Position numbers and translations under genes: made by a program. Under the pieces are notes generated by a model, which made no database searches, was not told the origin of the DNA, and worked only from the letters and a program-made list of their open reading frames with translations. Below, in pieces: positions 1 through 10,698 of a DNA stretch of 64,000 nucleotides. Position 1 is the first letter of the stretch. Each line of letters opens with the position of its first letter. Source of the stretch: a virus (lineage: Duplodnaviria; Caudoviricetes); the IMG/VR virus record IMGVR_UViG_3300013121_000020, positions 192,001 to 256,000 of that record. One strand, 5' to 3'.

Positions 1-75
1 ATAGATGGGCATTAGTTGGCACGAAATGGCCAGCATTTTGGGACGCAGCTATTGGATGTGTCAAATCGCTAGAAG

Positions 76-945
76 TCAAATATTAAGACGTAAAATATAA
101 TCAATAAATTGAATTGACATGATTCGTATGATTTGTGTTGGGTCTGTTATATAACATTGTTGTTCCCATTTTTGTGCTATGAATGGCAAGAACACTTCAA
201 TTATCGGTTCAGGTTTAACTATAATTTCTTTCTTGTTTACAATAGATAATCCAAATTTCTGCCATGTCGCTGGATAAACTGCTTCTGGATGAATAATTCT
301 TGAATATGTGTTCAGTTGGCCACCAAGCTCTGTTATTTCTGGTGGAGTCAAAAACAAGTGAATGTATGCTTTATTTAAAGTTTCATATAAATGACCGCCA
401 TGACGAGAACTGAATGGGTGTGTACGCACATAAATTAATGTTTTCTTTGTGGCTATTTCTGGCAACAATTTAAGAACTGGCTCTATTGGATGTTCTATAC
501 TACGATGGTCATATGTATCATATAATAAAATGATATCATATGGACCATTTTTCTTTACAATTTCCAAATCAGTTGTGAAATTGTCAGTAGTCCATTCATC
601 AAATTTTGTTACATCATAACCTAAAGCATGTGCGCCATATTCATTTGCGGCAATTACACAATCACCTGTTCCACAACCTATATCTAATAATTTTTGATTT
701 TTTACTGGTTGTTTAATAAAATCGTTAATAATATTTTGACTTCGTATTTTGCGTGTTTCTGCCGTTTTAACAATCATTTGTTCTGGAACGGCTTCTGGCC
801 AGTAGGTAGATTGTATGGTTTCGATTAGTTTATTGCGGCATGCTGAATTTAATATTAATTTAAGATCAGAAACATGTGATAGGTCACACGCACTCCAGTC
901 AATCGTTGGATTTAATAAGTGGCATAATAATTCAACATGCGTCAT
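76..945 (-). CDS. Class I SAM-dependent methyltransferase
   Basis: LLDIGCGTG motif I and YDIILLYD; shares VRTHPxxSRHGxHLYETxLNKAxxHL with 25574..26476. Confidence 0.85.
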   Translation of the reverse strand: MTHVELLCHLLNPTIDWSACDLSHVSDLKLILNSACRNKLIETIQSTYWPEAVPEQMIVKTAETRKIRSQNIINDFIKQPVKNQKLLDIGCGTGDCVIAANEYGAHALGYDVTKFDEWTTDNFTTDLEIVKKNGPYDIILLYDTYDHRSIEHPIEPVLKLLPEIATKKTLIYVRTHPFSSRHGGHLYETLNKAYIHLFLTPPEITELGGQLNTYSRIIHPEAVYPATWQKFGLSIVNKKEIIVKPEPIIEVFLPFIAQKWEQQCYITDPTQIIRIMSIQFIDYILRLNI

Positions 946-959
946 GGGTAAAGTCTCTT

Positions 960-1769
960 ATGTTATCAATCTGTCTTATTTATTCAAATGAACGATTGCC
1001 GCAAGCAACACAAGTTGTAGAATATCTTCAAATGTTGAAATATTATGAAGCATTTGATTTGATTCAAGTGTGTGATGGAGATCCAAATATAGTATTCACC
1101 AATTTTCGGCCACTAATCATTAATCGACGTAATCCGCAGTTCTTTTGTCGAGCAGATTTGTGGAATAATGGTATTGACGCTGCTACTAAAAATATCGTAA
1201 TTATTCTTGATTGTGACAGATTGCCACATCCGTTATTTTTTAATATGGCCGCAACATTAAAAAATAACCATATTTTATATTGTGAAAAATTATATCAATT
1301 GTGGCGTCATGAACCATTACCTAAAATCATTAAACATTTTACTGGACCAGTTCCATTAACAATAGCAAAACCAGATTTTAGAGTGACTATAGATGATGGA
1401 ACTATCAAACCAGCAAAAAATCCAATGTCTGGGTGTGTAGCATTTTGGAAAAAAGATTATCAAGCAACTGGTGGGATGTCGCCTGATTTTATGGGATGGG
1501 GGTTTAATGATACTGATTATTATTATACCGCATATATGTATGGATTGAAATTTGACGCGGCCCCATTATCTGAATTTCATCTTTATCATAGTTATACTAT
1601 ATCACATCGTCGACATTTGGCTATGAATGTGTGGAATGCGATTCGTTTTTATGATAAATGGCGAATTCCTATTCATTATGATATTTATAACATTGTTACA
1701 TATTTAGGAACGACTGTCGATTTCATTCGGACGATCCCATTTGAATTATTTTTAGAGATGGTTGAATGA
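960..1769 (+). CDS. GT-A glycosyltransferase (GT2/GT7-like)
   Basis: IILDCD DxD motif, GGMSPDFMGWGFNDTDY (GWGxED-like), HLYH; start refined to ATG 960. Confidence 0.75.
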   Translation: MLSICLIYSNERLPQATQVVEYLQMLKYYEAFDLIQVCDGDPNIVFTNFRPLIINRRNPQFFCRADLWNNGIDAATKNIVIILDCDRLPHPLFFNMAATLKNNHILYCEKLYQLWRHEPLPKIIKHFTGPVPLTIAKPDFRVTIDDGTIKPAKNPMSGCVAFWKKDYQATGGMSPDFMGWGFNDTDYYYTAYMYGLKFDAAPLSEFHLYHSYTISHRRHLAMNVWNAIRFYDKWRIPIHYDIYNIVTYLGTTVDFIRTIPFELFLEMVE

Positions 1770-3361
1770 ATGCAATAGGACGATATGGTATTGTAACCGC
1801 AATCTCGCCACATATGTGGAATAGTTATTTATTGTTTCATATGTCTCTCATGAGACATAACTCGTATCAACTATATGTGATTGGTTTAGAATTGTCTGAC
1901 CAACAAATTGAATTTGTAACACGCCAACCAAACACCACATTAATAATTATTGATCAAAAAGATATTAATCATTTTAACACAATTGGTGATGACTGGCGTA
2001 AATGGTATAAACCAAGTTTTATTATTAAAGCAATTGATAATTATAATTTAGAATTTGTAATTTGGCTTGATGCTGATATAATTATCACAAATTCACTTGA
2101 TGAATTATTTACACATTCTATTGATAAATTTTTTGTTGTTCAAGACTATTTTGCACCTCAATATTGTCAAAATAAAAATGAGCTATATGCGAATTTGAAT
2201 ATTCCAACTCCGAATGACTGTCGAGTATTGAATTCTGGCGTGGTTGGAATGTCATTGCCACGTGATAGATCAATAATTGATAAATGGGAAGAAAATGTAA
2301 ACACAATTAACACTAATAATTTATGTGATCATGTTTCGCTATATGATCAAGGAGCTTTGTTGCTAACTTTGCAAAATTTAGATAAATTAGATTATATTAT
2401 TGGAAACAAAAATTGGAATTATCCAGCTCAACGATTATTATATGATAATAGTAAGCATGTAGTTGATGCCATCGCTGATGATCATCCAACAGCTACTGTC
2501 ATACATTATGCTGGTGTTCCTAAATTGGATCATTTACAAACTGTAAATTCACAACAAAATATTTCATATTTTCGTAAGCGATATGGGAAATTTACTACTG
2601 CTAAAACTTTTATTACTGGTTCTGATCAATTATTATCTGAAATTGTAACATTGATGAGGCGCGGCACTAAATTTGGTGGTTGGTTCATGCATGTTGATTC
2701 ACCGTCTCTAGCAATTAATGTATACAAAAAGTTTTTAAATGAACCAACGATTATTGACCATGAACTTATGAATTATTTAAATAGAGATGATTGTCCATTT
2801 GCATACACAGCCAGCCCATATTTCGGGCCATTATTTGATGAATTATTCATTCGTTGGCCAAATGCTGATTATGTGGTTGTATTGTCTGAGCCATTTGATA
2901 CTATCAAGCACAAATTTCATCATTATCTTTTATGGCCAAATAAAATTGATGAATGTCCTGGATTTTATCAATCAGATTATGGGCAAGCCACAAGAAGTGA
3001 TCAATCGTTATGGTATAGAAATAAATTTAGAATAATTGTAAACAATAATTCCAATTTAATCAATATGTGTGTTGATGAATATATGTGGATGCTTGAACAA
3101 GCGTTGAACTTTGTACAGCAAAAACACGGTCGAATAATATGGGCTACGAACGCAATTACAGCGATTGATAATATAGTATCAAAATCAAATATGTTCGATA
3201 GACTATTAAATATTTCACAATCTCGGCCCAAGCATCATCCTAGTACAGATGCTTGGATAAATGAATTTCTAGAACCGTTTCGACAATGCATAAATGATGC
3301 ATTTTTAAAATTGTTATGTAGATATAATGTATATATCAACAATGCCAATTTTAGTATTTAA
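1766..3361 (+). CDS. GT8-like glycosyltransferase with an extra C-terminal domain (possibly sulfotransferase-like)
   Basis: WLDAD, LNSGVV, YDQGAL, NWNY and IHYAGVPK motifs; C-terminal domain call is weak. Confidence 0.7.
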   Translation: MNAIGRYGIVTAISPHMWNSYLLFHMSLMRHNSYQLYVIGLELSDQQIEFVTRQPNTTLIIIDQKDINHFNTIGDDWRKWYKPSFIIKAIDNYNLEFVIWLDADIIITNSLDELFTHSIDKFFVVQDYFAPQYCQNKNELYANLNIPTPNDCRVLNSGVVGMSLPRDRSIIDKWEENVNTINTNNLCDHVSLYDQGALLLTLQNLDKLDYIIGNKNWNYPAQRLLYDNSKHVVDAIADDHPTATVIHYAGVPKLDHLQTVNSQQNISYFRKRYGKFTTAKTFITGSDQLLSEIVTLMRRGTKFGGWFMHVDSPSLAINVYKKFLNEPTIIDHELMNYLNRDDCPFAYTASPYFGPLFDELFIRWPNADYVVVLSEPFDTIKHKFHHYLLWPNKIDECPGFYQSDYGQATRSDQSLWYRNKFRIIVNNNSNLINMCVDEYMWMLEQALNFVQQKHGRIIWATNAITAIDNIVSKSNMFDRLLNISQSRPKHHPSTDAWINEFLEPFRQCINDAFLKLLCRYNVYINNANFSI

Positions 3362-6300
3362 TTAATATGTTTCCATTAGAGTAGCAATTGATCCATCAAG
3401 AAATTGTAGTTTAGTATCAATTGATTCAATTTCAACTAAACGGCGTTCAATAATTGTATGATCATGATCCCAATCATATTGTCCATCTTGATCTAAATAT
3501 TTATTAATAGAACATAATGTATTGGTTCCAGTCTCGCATTCAACCAATAAACATCCAGCATCAAGTCTACATGTAAGTTCTCTATGGCTCCTTATCCCTG
3601 AACCTAACATAAATAATAATTCGTTTGGCGAATGTGTACCATTTATAGTTGGAACACCAAGTCCAAGCAATAAATCATCATATATTCCTTGCCCAAGCGA
3701 TGGTGATATGTATGGTTGATATCCTCTTAAACATGGATATCCATCGGCATAATCAATGATATTAGTGTTACATTGATTGTGGCTTTGGAATAATGGATCG
3801 GTTGTTTCGATGGTGTCAGCAGAAACTGCTGTGTCATAATCACATACACCATCAAATGTTACTGCTGGATTGCTATTAGCATCCTTCATATAAACTTTAT
3901 GAACAACATCTTGAGATGTGAATGTTGAATCTGTGCCTAGAGTGTGATCGCCAAATGATGGAATATCTGGTGTTATATTATTGCCAAGAATCTTATACTG
4001 AACAGTATCAAATTCTAGTCTTTCGTTCCCATCTGTGTCGATGACCATATGATAATTCAAATATGTTAGATCTGTTTTACCACAAACATTTTTTGGACCA
4101 CATCTATTATAATCCCATGGACGTGCGGTATATGACTCGTGTGTGAAATCGGTAGTTAATCCTTGTAATAGTGGAAATCTACAACCTGGAAAGTGTAGAT
4201 GAGGTTTGGTTATTTCTAAACTTGGTCTTTGGATTGCCAATTGTTGACGTTGATCTGATATTGGATTACCACGACGATTTGAATAGTGTAGTGTTTGTGA
4301 AATTTGACTACCATAATCACGATATAATCTGCCGAGTAATGAATTGTTTTTTGATTGCAGAGGTTTATTATGTGGTGTTTTTAAATAATCGCTCGTTATG
4401 CTTTTTGTGTAGAATTCTTGGCTACCAACAGGTGATCCACCAGAGAATCGCATTTTGTTGGTTTTGCTGCGTGGGTCTGGGTTTTTAACACCAGGTTGTA
4501 CCATTTTTGTGATGATTGGATATAACCAGTATACTCCGGAACCTAAGCCAACATAAATTGGTTTTATGCCGCTATGTTCTTCTAATTTTAAAGTTGGTCT
4601 GTATAATAATTCATCGCTGACACGACCTTTATAACAATAGTCATTGATTTTATCTAAATCACAAAATGCTTGTTGTATTTGGGTCCTTTCGCGTGTGAAT
4701 GATCCATATGCACCACTATTTGAATTGCTGCTTTCTTTTGGTCCAGTTTGTTCGAATTCGCCTTCGAGTATGATGTTATTAGCTGATAATTGGTTTGTTG
4801 TGTATCCAGAATCGCTCATATTTGAATTTGGTGTTGGATCATGGATAACATCACGAATTTCCACTCGTTCTTGTGGTATGACTCTGTCTTGGCCGAGGTA
4901 TGTGAATTTACAAGTGTTTCTATCTGCGGGTTGGTTTGGTGCGATTCTAGTGTTGCCATTTGGAAATTCGGTGCGATTATCCAACGCTTTCCATATGGCG
5001 TGTTCTTCTGGAAGATTTGTTAATGTTCGTAATCGTAGCAAGATATCTGAATCTTTATACCCAAGTGATCGCGGCTCGAAAAGAGAACAATCGCTTAAAT
5101 CTTCAGGAATGCTAGGTATGATCGCTGGTGGGACTTGTAGTCGTCCAATGTCTGTATCAAATCGTTGTGCGAATGATCCACCCACGCATAGATCAGTAAC
5201 TGCATATGTTTCAGTAAGTTCAATTCTTGTTCTTATTACATTTAGTAATGAATGAAATGCTTTGAGTCTATAAAGAAATTCAACAGCAAACTCTAGCGTA
5301 GTAGGATCGGCGAATTCTTCTAGAGCCTTTGTAAGAACTTGAATATCAAATCTATTGCTTTGAAGATTTGCGATTATACTAGGAACTGTAAATTCATATC
5401 GTTTATACACTGCAAACACATATACTTTGCAACCGTCAAATTCGCTATTACCATTTAGAATTATTGAGAGAGTATTTGTTTCACGATTGATTGATACTCC
5501 TCGGCTTGTTAATGGTACTATCGGACCAACTAACACTTCATCTGTGGTTGTTCCTAGTTTACCAGCAATATGAATTTGACTAAATCCTGCTAATTCTTTT
5601 CCTTCAATTGCATCATCAAATGCTTGTGGGAACATGAATCCATCATTATCAACAATGCAATTTGCTGTGTCACCATAACCAGACGGATCATTAGCGATTT
5701 TATCAACAATGTCCTGTAATGCTAGATGAGCAGGACTATTAATTTTTACTGTGTATGATACAATTGTTATTTGTCCGCCATCGCGAAGAGCAGTAAATTC
5801 ATCTAAACCACTAAGTTCTTGTGGTCTAAATAAGAAAGGAACTTCAAAATTGGTGAAATTTGCTACAGTATAGTCTGCGACAATTGCTTCAACTTGGTCG
5901 TGGGCAGTTGTTTTTATTTCTTGATTGCTATAATTGTTTGGTAAAGTTTCATCTGGGCGAATTAAGCGTTTACCATCGCTGGACCACCATAAATTGCTAA
6001 TAAGGACTTCAAATCCAAACAATCTGAAAATGTTGATAATTGCTCGTCGTGAACCTTTTAAATTTTGAAATTCGACTGTTCTACGCAATACTGCTCGTCG
6101 CAGTTGATCCAATGATTCTGGAAAATATGGGAGATCCCATCCTAACAATGATGATAGATATGGTATGGCTTCTGCTGGGGTGTCGAACACCCAATTAATT
6201 TTACCAAGTAACTCTTGTTCATCCATGATATCTTGTAAGATATCTGTAAATGGACGATATAGAGCTACAGTTGAGTCAGCTGACTTTTTGTTATTTGTGA

Positions 6301-6952
6301 GATATGGTGGTGGGGTTAATCTATAGAATTCTTCTAAGACTTTACCTGGATGATCTATTTTAAATTTAAAAATTGCCAATGATTGGAAATTATTGTCGAT
6401 ACATAAAAAATCACCAACACCATCGCTTCCTATTGTTCGTCTGAAATATTGAGTCTGATATACTATATTATAATTGTCTGAAGGAAGAAGTTCTAGATCA
6501 AGTAAAATATCTGATAAATCATAATATTCTGCACCAATTAGATATGGAATTGTATCTTTAACGCCTGTAGAAGTTGTGTAATGAAGTAGATCACCGTCCT
6601 TAGCATCATTTATATCAATTTCTGTACCATCGGTGGTGGTTATTGTTAAATTGAAAATTGGGATTAACTTATCACTTAAAGTTAAATTATCGATTGTAAC
6701 TGAATAAAGTTCTTTGTCTGGAAATCGCAATCCAAGATATTGATGTCCAGATACTTTGGCTTCTTTTGGTACGTCTTCGACATAAATTTTGGTATTGAAT
6801 ACTGAACTATTACTTAAAGGTGTACCATTTGATTCATGGCGGTGTGGGACAACCATGATTATTGGCAAACCAAATGGTCGCCACGCCGTTCGATTATTGT
6901 TTACGGGGAACAGAACAAAACTTGGATTATCGTTGTCTGTCAAAGTTGCCAT
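3362..6952 (-). CDS. Baseplate/tail structural protein with a P2 gpI-like segment
   Basis: AIPYLSSLLGWDL...LRRAVLRRTVEFQNLKGSRRAIINIFRLFG matches the baseplate wedge gpI pattern; 1196 aa. Confidence 0.7.
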   Translation of the reverse strand: MATLTDNDNPSFVLFPVNNNRTAWRPFGLPIIMVVPHRHESNGTPLSNSSVFNTKIYVEDVPKEAKVSGHQYLGLRFPDKELYSVTIDNLTLSDKLIPIFNLTITTTDGTEIDINDAKDGDLLHYTTSTGVKDTIPYLIGAEYYDLSDILLDLELLPSDNYNIVYQTQYFRRTIGSDGVGDFLCIDNNFQSLAIFKFKIDHPGKVLEEFYRLTPPPYLTNNKKSADSTVALYRPFTDILQDIMDEQELLGKINWVFDTPAEAIPYLSSLLGWDLPYFPESLDQLRRAVLRRTVEFQNLKGSRRAIINIFRLFGFEVLISNLWWSSDGKRLIRPDETLPNNYSNQEIKTTAHDQVEAIVADYTVANFTNFEVPFLFRPQELSGLDEFTALRDGGQITIVSYTVKINSPAHLALQDIVDKIANDPSGYGDTANCIVDNDGFMFPQAFDDAIEGKELAGFSQIHIAGKLGTTTDEVLVGPIVPLTSRGVSINRETNTLSIILNGNSEFDGCKVYVFAVYKRYEFTVPSIIANLQSNRFDIQVLTKALEEFADPTTLEFAVEFLYRLKAFHSLLNVIRTRIELTETYAVTDLCVGGSFAQRFDTDIGRLQVPPAIIPSIPEDLSDCSLFEPRSLGYKDSDILLRLRTLTNLPEEHAIWKALDNRTEFPNGNTRIAPNQPADRNTCKFTYLGQDRVIPQERVEIRDVIHDPTPNSNMSDSGYTTNQLSANNIILEGEFEQTGPKESSNSNSGAYGSFTRERTQIQQAFCDLDKINDYCYKGRVSDELLYRPTLKLEEHSGIKPIYVGLGSGVYWLYPIITKMVQPGVKNPDPRSKTNKMRFSGGSPVGSQEFYTKSITSDYLKTPHNKPLQSKNNSLLGRLYRDYGSQISQTLHYSNRRGNPISDQRQQLAIQRPSLEITKPHLHFPGCRFPLLQGLTTDFTHESYTARPWDYNRCGPKNVCGKTDLTYLNYHMVIDTDGNERLEFDTVQYKILGNNITPDIPSFGDHTLGTDSTFTSQDVVHKVYMKDANSNPAVTFDGVCDYDTAVSADTIETTDPLFQSHNQCNTNIIDYADGYPCLRGYQPYISPSLGQGIYDDLLLGLGVPTINGTHSPNELLFMLGSGIRSHRELTCRLDAGCLLVECETGTNTLCSINKYLDQDGQYDWDHDHTIIERRLVEIESIDTKLQFLDGSIATLMETY

Positions 6953-7064
6953 GAATCGCCTCGTTTGAATTATTTTTATTTAAATATGGTTGTGTTAGCT
7001 TGTAAATTAGATTAATACTAGAAGTTGTAAGATATGACGTATCCAAACATACTAAGAGGATAAC

Positions 7065-7553
7065 ATGAAACCATCTGGTCTTATTTTTTATCGAGACAAT
7101 TTTGATATAATTTATCATGTAGAATGGAATACTGTAAATGGTATTATTGATTTGACATCTACAGTGAAACAACCGCGAGTTTGGGGTAAAAACCCAGAAG
7201 GATATGTTAAAAATGGTATACTATTTCGCAAAGGAATAGTCACAGTTGAACGACAAGTTTTACGTCCTTATTCTGGTGGCTATGAAATAATTGCAGAAGG
7301 TGCAGTACAATATGAAGATTTTATTCAGATGAATTTCCCATGCCAAGATGGACCACAAGATACATTTAAACATCATTTAAATAATTCAATAGTTGATGAA
7401 TGCGAAGGATTGGTTACAGATGGTCCGCGTTGGGCGGATGTAGATGACACAACAGCTATCTGGGGCGATATTGATGATTCTGGTGTGCCAATAGATGATA
7501 TCACGACTGTGGGTGGAGCAGATATTTTCTCATTTATCGACGTTTGGAGTTAA
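7065..7553 (+). CDS. Hypothetical protein
   Basis: 162-aa ORF with GAGGA RBS. Confidence 0.6.
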   Translation: MKPSGLIFYRDNFDIIYHVEWNTVNGIIDLTSTVKQPRVWGKNPEGYVKNGILFRKGIVTVERQVLRPYSGGYEIIAEGAVQYEDFIQMNFPCQDGPQDTFKHHLNNSIVDECEGLVTDGPRWADVDDTTAIWGDIDDSGVPIDDITTVGGADIFSFIDVWS

Positions 7554-7557
7554 AACT

Positions 7558-9384
7558 ATGACTAAACTGAAATATCTAGCAATAGCAATAATGGTTATTT
7601 CATTATCTATAACCATTATACTAGCACAAGAACCTAAAAATTTTCAATTAATAGGCGTTGGTAAAGGACGATCAGCCTACAACGCAACACACCCAAATGA
7701 ATCTACGCCATATTCAAAAGATGACGCTCGTTCTATTGATTTTAGCAAAGTTGAATTTGCCCCAACTCCAGCCGATGCTGTTGCATATGCCTTAGCCGAC
7801 GCAGCTACACTTGCTAAAAGCGACCAACCATTTATACGATATGTGTGGGTTCCAACTGGCGACAAAAAACACATTGGTTGTGTCAATTATACTATCAACC
7901 TTGCGTGGAGTAGAGCTACACCAATAGTAAGGTGTCGTTCAGTTGCTCAAAATCGTTTGGTTCGTGTCGATTTACGCATGCTCGCACCACGTGCTGATGC
8001 CGATAGTAAAGATTTCAGGGACATATTTAGATTGTGGGAAACATTAGCATTTGAACCATATTTTCATATTATCAACACAACTCAGAATATTTTACCGTCA
8101 AATGCTAAAATCATTAAAAGCCTTGCAGATGATCCAGCAGGCTCAATACGATTTTTGTTAAATGACCAAACGTGGTATCGTTCTGCTGCTGGTAGGACAT
8201 ATTGTTTAGTTGGTGGACAATGGCAGATTCAAAATTTACAACTTGAAAAATCAAGCACCGTTGCAGTTGCTGGTGCGCATGTCGGACTTGAGCAACATGT
8301 AATGTTGCAAGGACTATTACAAAGTAATGCTCCTGTTATTAGATATGACTATTTCATTTCTAAAAGTTTACAAACTTTAAATGGTGGCATCTATTATGAT
8401 TTATTAGGAATTGAACGAAATCCAACCAAGGGAACAGCATTAGATGCATTTTTTACTAAATTTGGATACGATCCAAAAGAAGTTGCTAAACTACGTGCAG
8501 ATCAACGAGTTGCAATGTTTAAATCAAGAGTCACAGGACGACCACGTCGTGCCGATTTCTTTCGTGGTCAAGGCGTAAGACCAGATTCTGGTACTGGTCT
8601 TGGGACAATTACTTACGATCCGTCAGAGGAACAAATTGCGGCTGAGAATGATCCAATTAGAAACTTATTAGAATTCAAATTTGCCGCTAGTGAAGTGATT
8701 GTTGAACGTGCAAATGGGATGCACGCCTTTGGTCTTTTTAATGACAAAGGCGATTTGCAGGATTCAGCACCTGACAATGTGGTTAAAGATCACACTATTC
8801 CTTCTCCACATCCTGCACGACTTCAATCAGCAATTTCATGCATTAGGTGCCATGGCCCATTCGATGGATGGCAACCTGCTCAAAATGATGTACGATTAAT
8901 GTTGAATGGTTATTTAAACATTTTCGATGATCTTGCAAATAAAAATAATAGTGTTCCTGATGTTCTTGATCGATTGGCTGGATTATATGCTGGAGATTTA
9001 ACAAAAACGCTTCGACGCGGGCGTGACGATTATTCTGATGCTGTGTATATTGCTACTGGTGGCCAATCGGTTCCAGAGGCATCGGCTGGTCTATCTGGCA
9101 TATTTATCGATTATCATTATACTGATGTTGATGCGGCGATTGCTGTCCGTGAACTTGGCTATAATGTTCCAACTGAAAAAGCTGTTTATTATTTAAACAA
9201 CATTTTACCCCCAGTAACAAAAGACGTCACTGGGATTGTTCCTGAAGATCCAATTATTGGAGCATTAAAGGTTGGACTTCGTGTGCAAAGATATCAATGG
9301 GAAAGCGTGTATGCCGATGCCGCATTGCGAGCAATGCAAACACGCAAAGAACGTGAATCAACTAAAACATCAAATAATCGATAG
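7558..9384 (+). CDS. Secreted protein with a c-type heme motif
   Basis: Signal peptide MTKLKYLAIAIMVISLSITIILA; SCIRCH CxxCH motif. Confidence 0.65.
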   Translation: MTKLKYLAIAIMVISLSITIILAQEPKNFQLIGVGKGRSAYNATHPNESTPYSKDDARSIDFSKVEFAPTPADAVAYALADAATLAKSDQPFIRYVWVPTGDKKHIGCVNYTINLAWSRATPIVRCRSVAQNRLVRVDLRMLAPRADADSKDFRDIFRLWETLAFEPYFHIINTTQNILPSNAKIIKSLADDPAGSIRFLLNDQTWYRSAAGRTYCLVGGQWQIQNLQLEKSSTVAVAGAHVGLEQHVMLQGLLQSNAPVIRYDYFISKSLQTLNGGIYYDLLGIERNPTKGTALDAFFTKFGYDPKEVAKLRADQRVAMFKSRVTGRPRRADFFRGQGVRPDSGTGLGTITYDPSEEQIAAENDPIRNLLEFKFAASEVIVERANGMHAFGLFNDKGDLQDSAPDNVVKDHTIPSPHPARLQSAISCIRCHGPFDGWQPAQNDVRLMLNGYLNIFDDLANKNNSVPDVLDRLAGLYAGDLTKTLRRGRDDYSDAVYIATGGQSVPEASAGLSGIFIDYHYTDVDAAIAVRELGYNVPTEKAVYYLNNILPPVTKDVTGIVPEDPIIGALKVGLRVQRYQWESVYADAALRAMQTRKERESTKTSNNR

Positions 9385-9446
9385 CATATTTCAATAACAA
9401 CTACAGCGGATGAACGAGTTCTATTACCACCTACTTTGAGGGTCAT

Positions 9447-10262
9447 ATGAAAAAAGTTCTTATGGTCATCGTGACCATTCTTGGATTTACTCAAACCATT
9501 ACTGCTCAAGATTGGTATTATGAGCGATGTTGGAATGGATGTGGCTATAGTTATCGCAAGGTTTACTACGAACAACCAGCACTCGTTCATGCTGCTAAAA
9601 AAGAAACCACAATTGTTAACAATTTAATTGGAATACCAGTCCCTGTGCAATATACACAACCAGTAGCACAGCAAGGAACAACTGTTTACGGTTATTCAAG
9701 TGTAGCAGAAGCCTATGGGAATGTCGATCTTGGTTTGCTATATAATCAAGCAGCACGATTGACAGATCAAGCTCAACAATTAGCTGGTCAAGCTGCAATT
9801 GATTTTCAAAGCTTGGTGCAAGCTGAAGGTCATAACCGCGCTGAAGTTGCGAAGATTATTGCGCAAGGACAAGCCGCTCGCGAAGCGCTTCAAGCGGCAA
9901 AAGCACAACCATCAGTAGCTCAACAACGATCATTCGCTTTTCGCGTTGTTCAAGACGCAAAAGGGGATATGAAGGTTGAGAAGATGGAATCGCACAGCCC
10001 AGATTTTAATTTGTCTTCTGCTAAACAAGGAAGTTCAATAACAATCTCAGATGTGATCAAAAGTCGATGTATTTCGTGCCATGGCGATCAAAAAGCTGCG
10101 GGTGGATTGAACTTTTTACATTCAATCACGGACGCTCAGCAGCAACGATGTCTTGAATTGATAACTGAAAGCGATCCACAAAAACGGATGCCAAAAGGCG
10201 GTCCGAAGTTGAGCGTTGCTGAAATGACAGCATTTTTCCAGTCGATGGGATCTCAAAAGTAA
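9447..10262 (+). CDS. Secreted protein with a C-terminal planctomycete-type cytochrome c domain
   Basis: Signal peptide; RCISCHGDQKAAGGLNF...RMPKGGPKLS (CxxCH plus distal Met-Pro). Confidence 0.7.
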   Translation: MKKVLMVIVTILGFTQTITAQDWYYERCWNGCGYSYRKVYYEQPALVHAAKKETTIVNNLIGIPVPVQYTQPVAQQGTTVYGYSSVAEAYGNVDLGLLYNQAARLTDQAQQLAGQAAIDFQSLVQAEGHNRAEVAKIIAQGQAAREALQAAKAQPSVAQQRSFAFRVVQDAKGDMKVEKMESHSPDFNLSSAKQGSSITISDVIKSRCISCHGDQKAAGGLNFLHSITDAQQQRCLELITESDPQKRMPKGGPKLSVAEMTAFFQSMGSQK

Positions 10263-10275
10263 CCCCAAGGAGTGT

Positions 10276-10575
10276 ATGATTATGAAAAGAGTTGTTGCAG
10301 TCGCAATGCTGATTCTAATCAGCCTAGCGTGTGTTAGTAAGGCCAGTGCTGGTTCACAACAATTTGTTGTGGCTGGTGGCGGTCGCCAAGCGGTAGTTGT
10401 TGGTGGTAATCGCCAAACAGTGGTTGTGAACAATCGCTTGTTTGGCCAACGTGTGGTTGTGGCTGGTGGTCGCCAAGCGGTAGTTGTAAATAATCGTCCA
10501 GCACTGTTTGGTCGACAAACAGTCGTGACAAATCCAGCAGTTGGATTTAATCGACTTGTTGTGCGTGTGCGATAA
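10276..10575 (+). CDS. Small secreted protein with VVVxGGRQ repeats
   Basis: Signal peptide ending ASA; repeated VVVAGGRQAVVV / NNRLFG. Confidence 0.65.
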   Translation: MIMKRVVAVAMLILISLACVSKASAGSQQFVVAGGGRQAVVVGGNRQTVVVNNRLFGQRVVVAGGRQAVVVNNRPALFGRQTVVTNPAVGFNRLVVRVR

Positions 10576-10587
10576 AATAGGAAAACA

Positions 10588-10622
10588 GAGAGCCGTAAAA
10601 TTTTTTTAATTTTACGGCTCTC
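10588..10622 (+). terminator. Hairpin terminator
   Basis: GAGAGCCGTAAAATT-N5-AATTTTACGGCTCTC, 15-bp inverted repeat after gene end. Confidence 0.7.
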
Positions 10623-10698
10623 ATCATATCATATTAACGCATAGCACTTCTTGTGACATATCTTATTGAAGTGTTGTGTTATTTTTATGAGGGCTAAC

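Noticed and set aside
10634-10658. TTAACG-N13-GTGACA as a member of the promoter family
   Set aside because: Wrong spacing and two mismatches in the downstream hexamer; left out of the count
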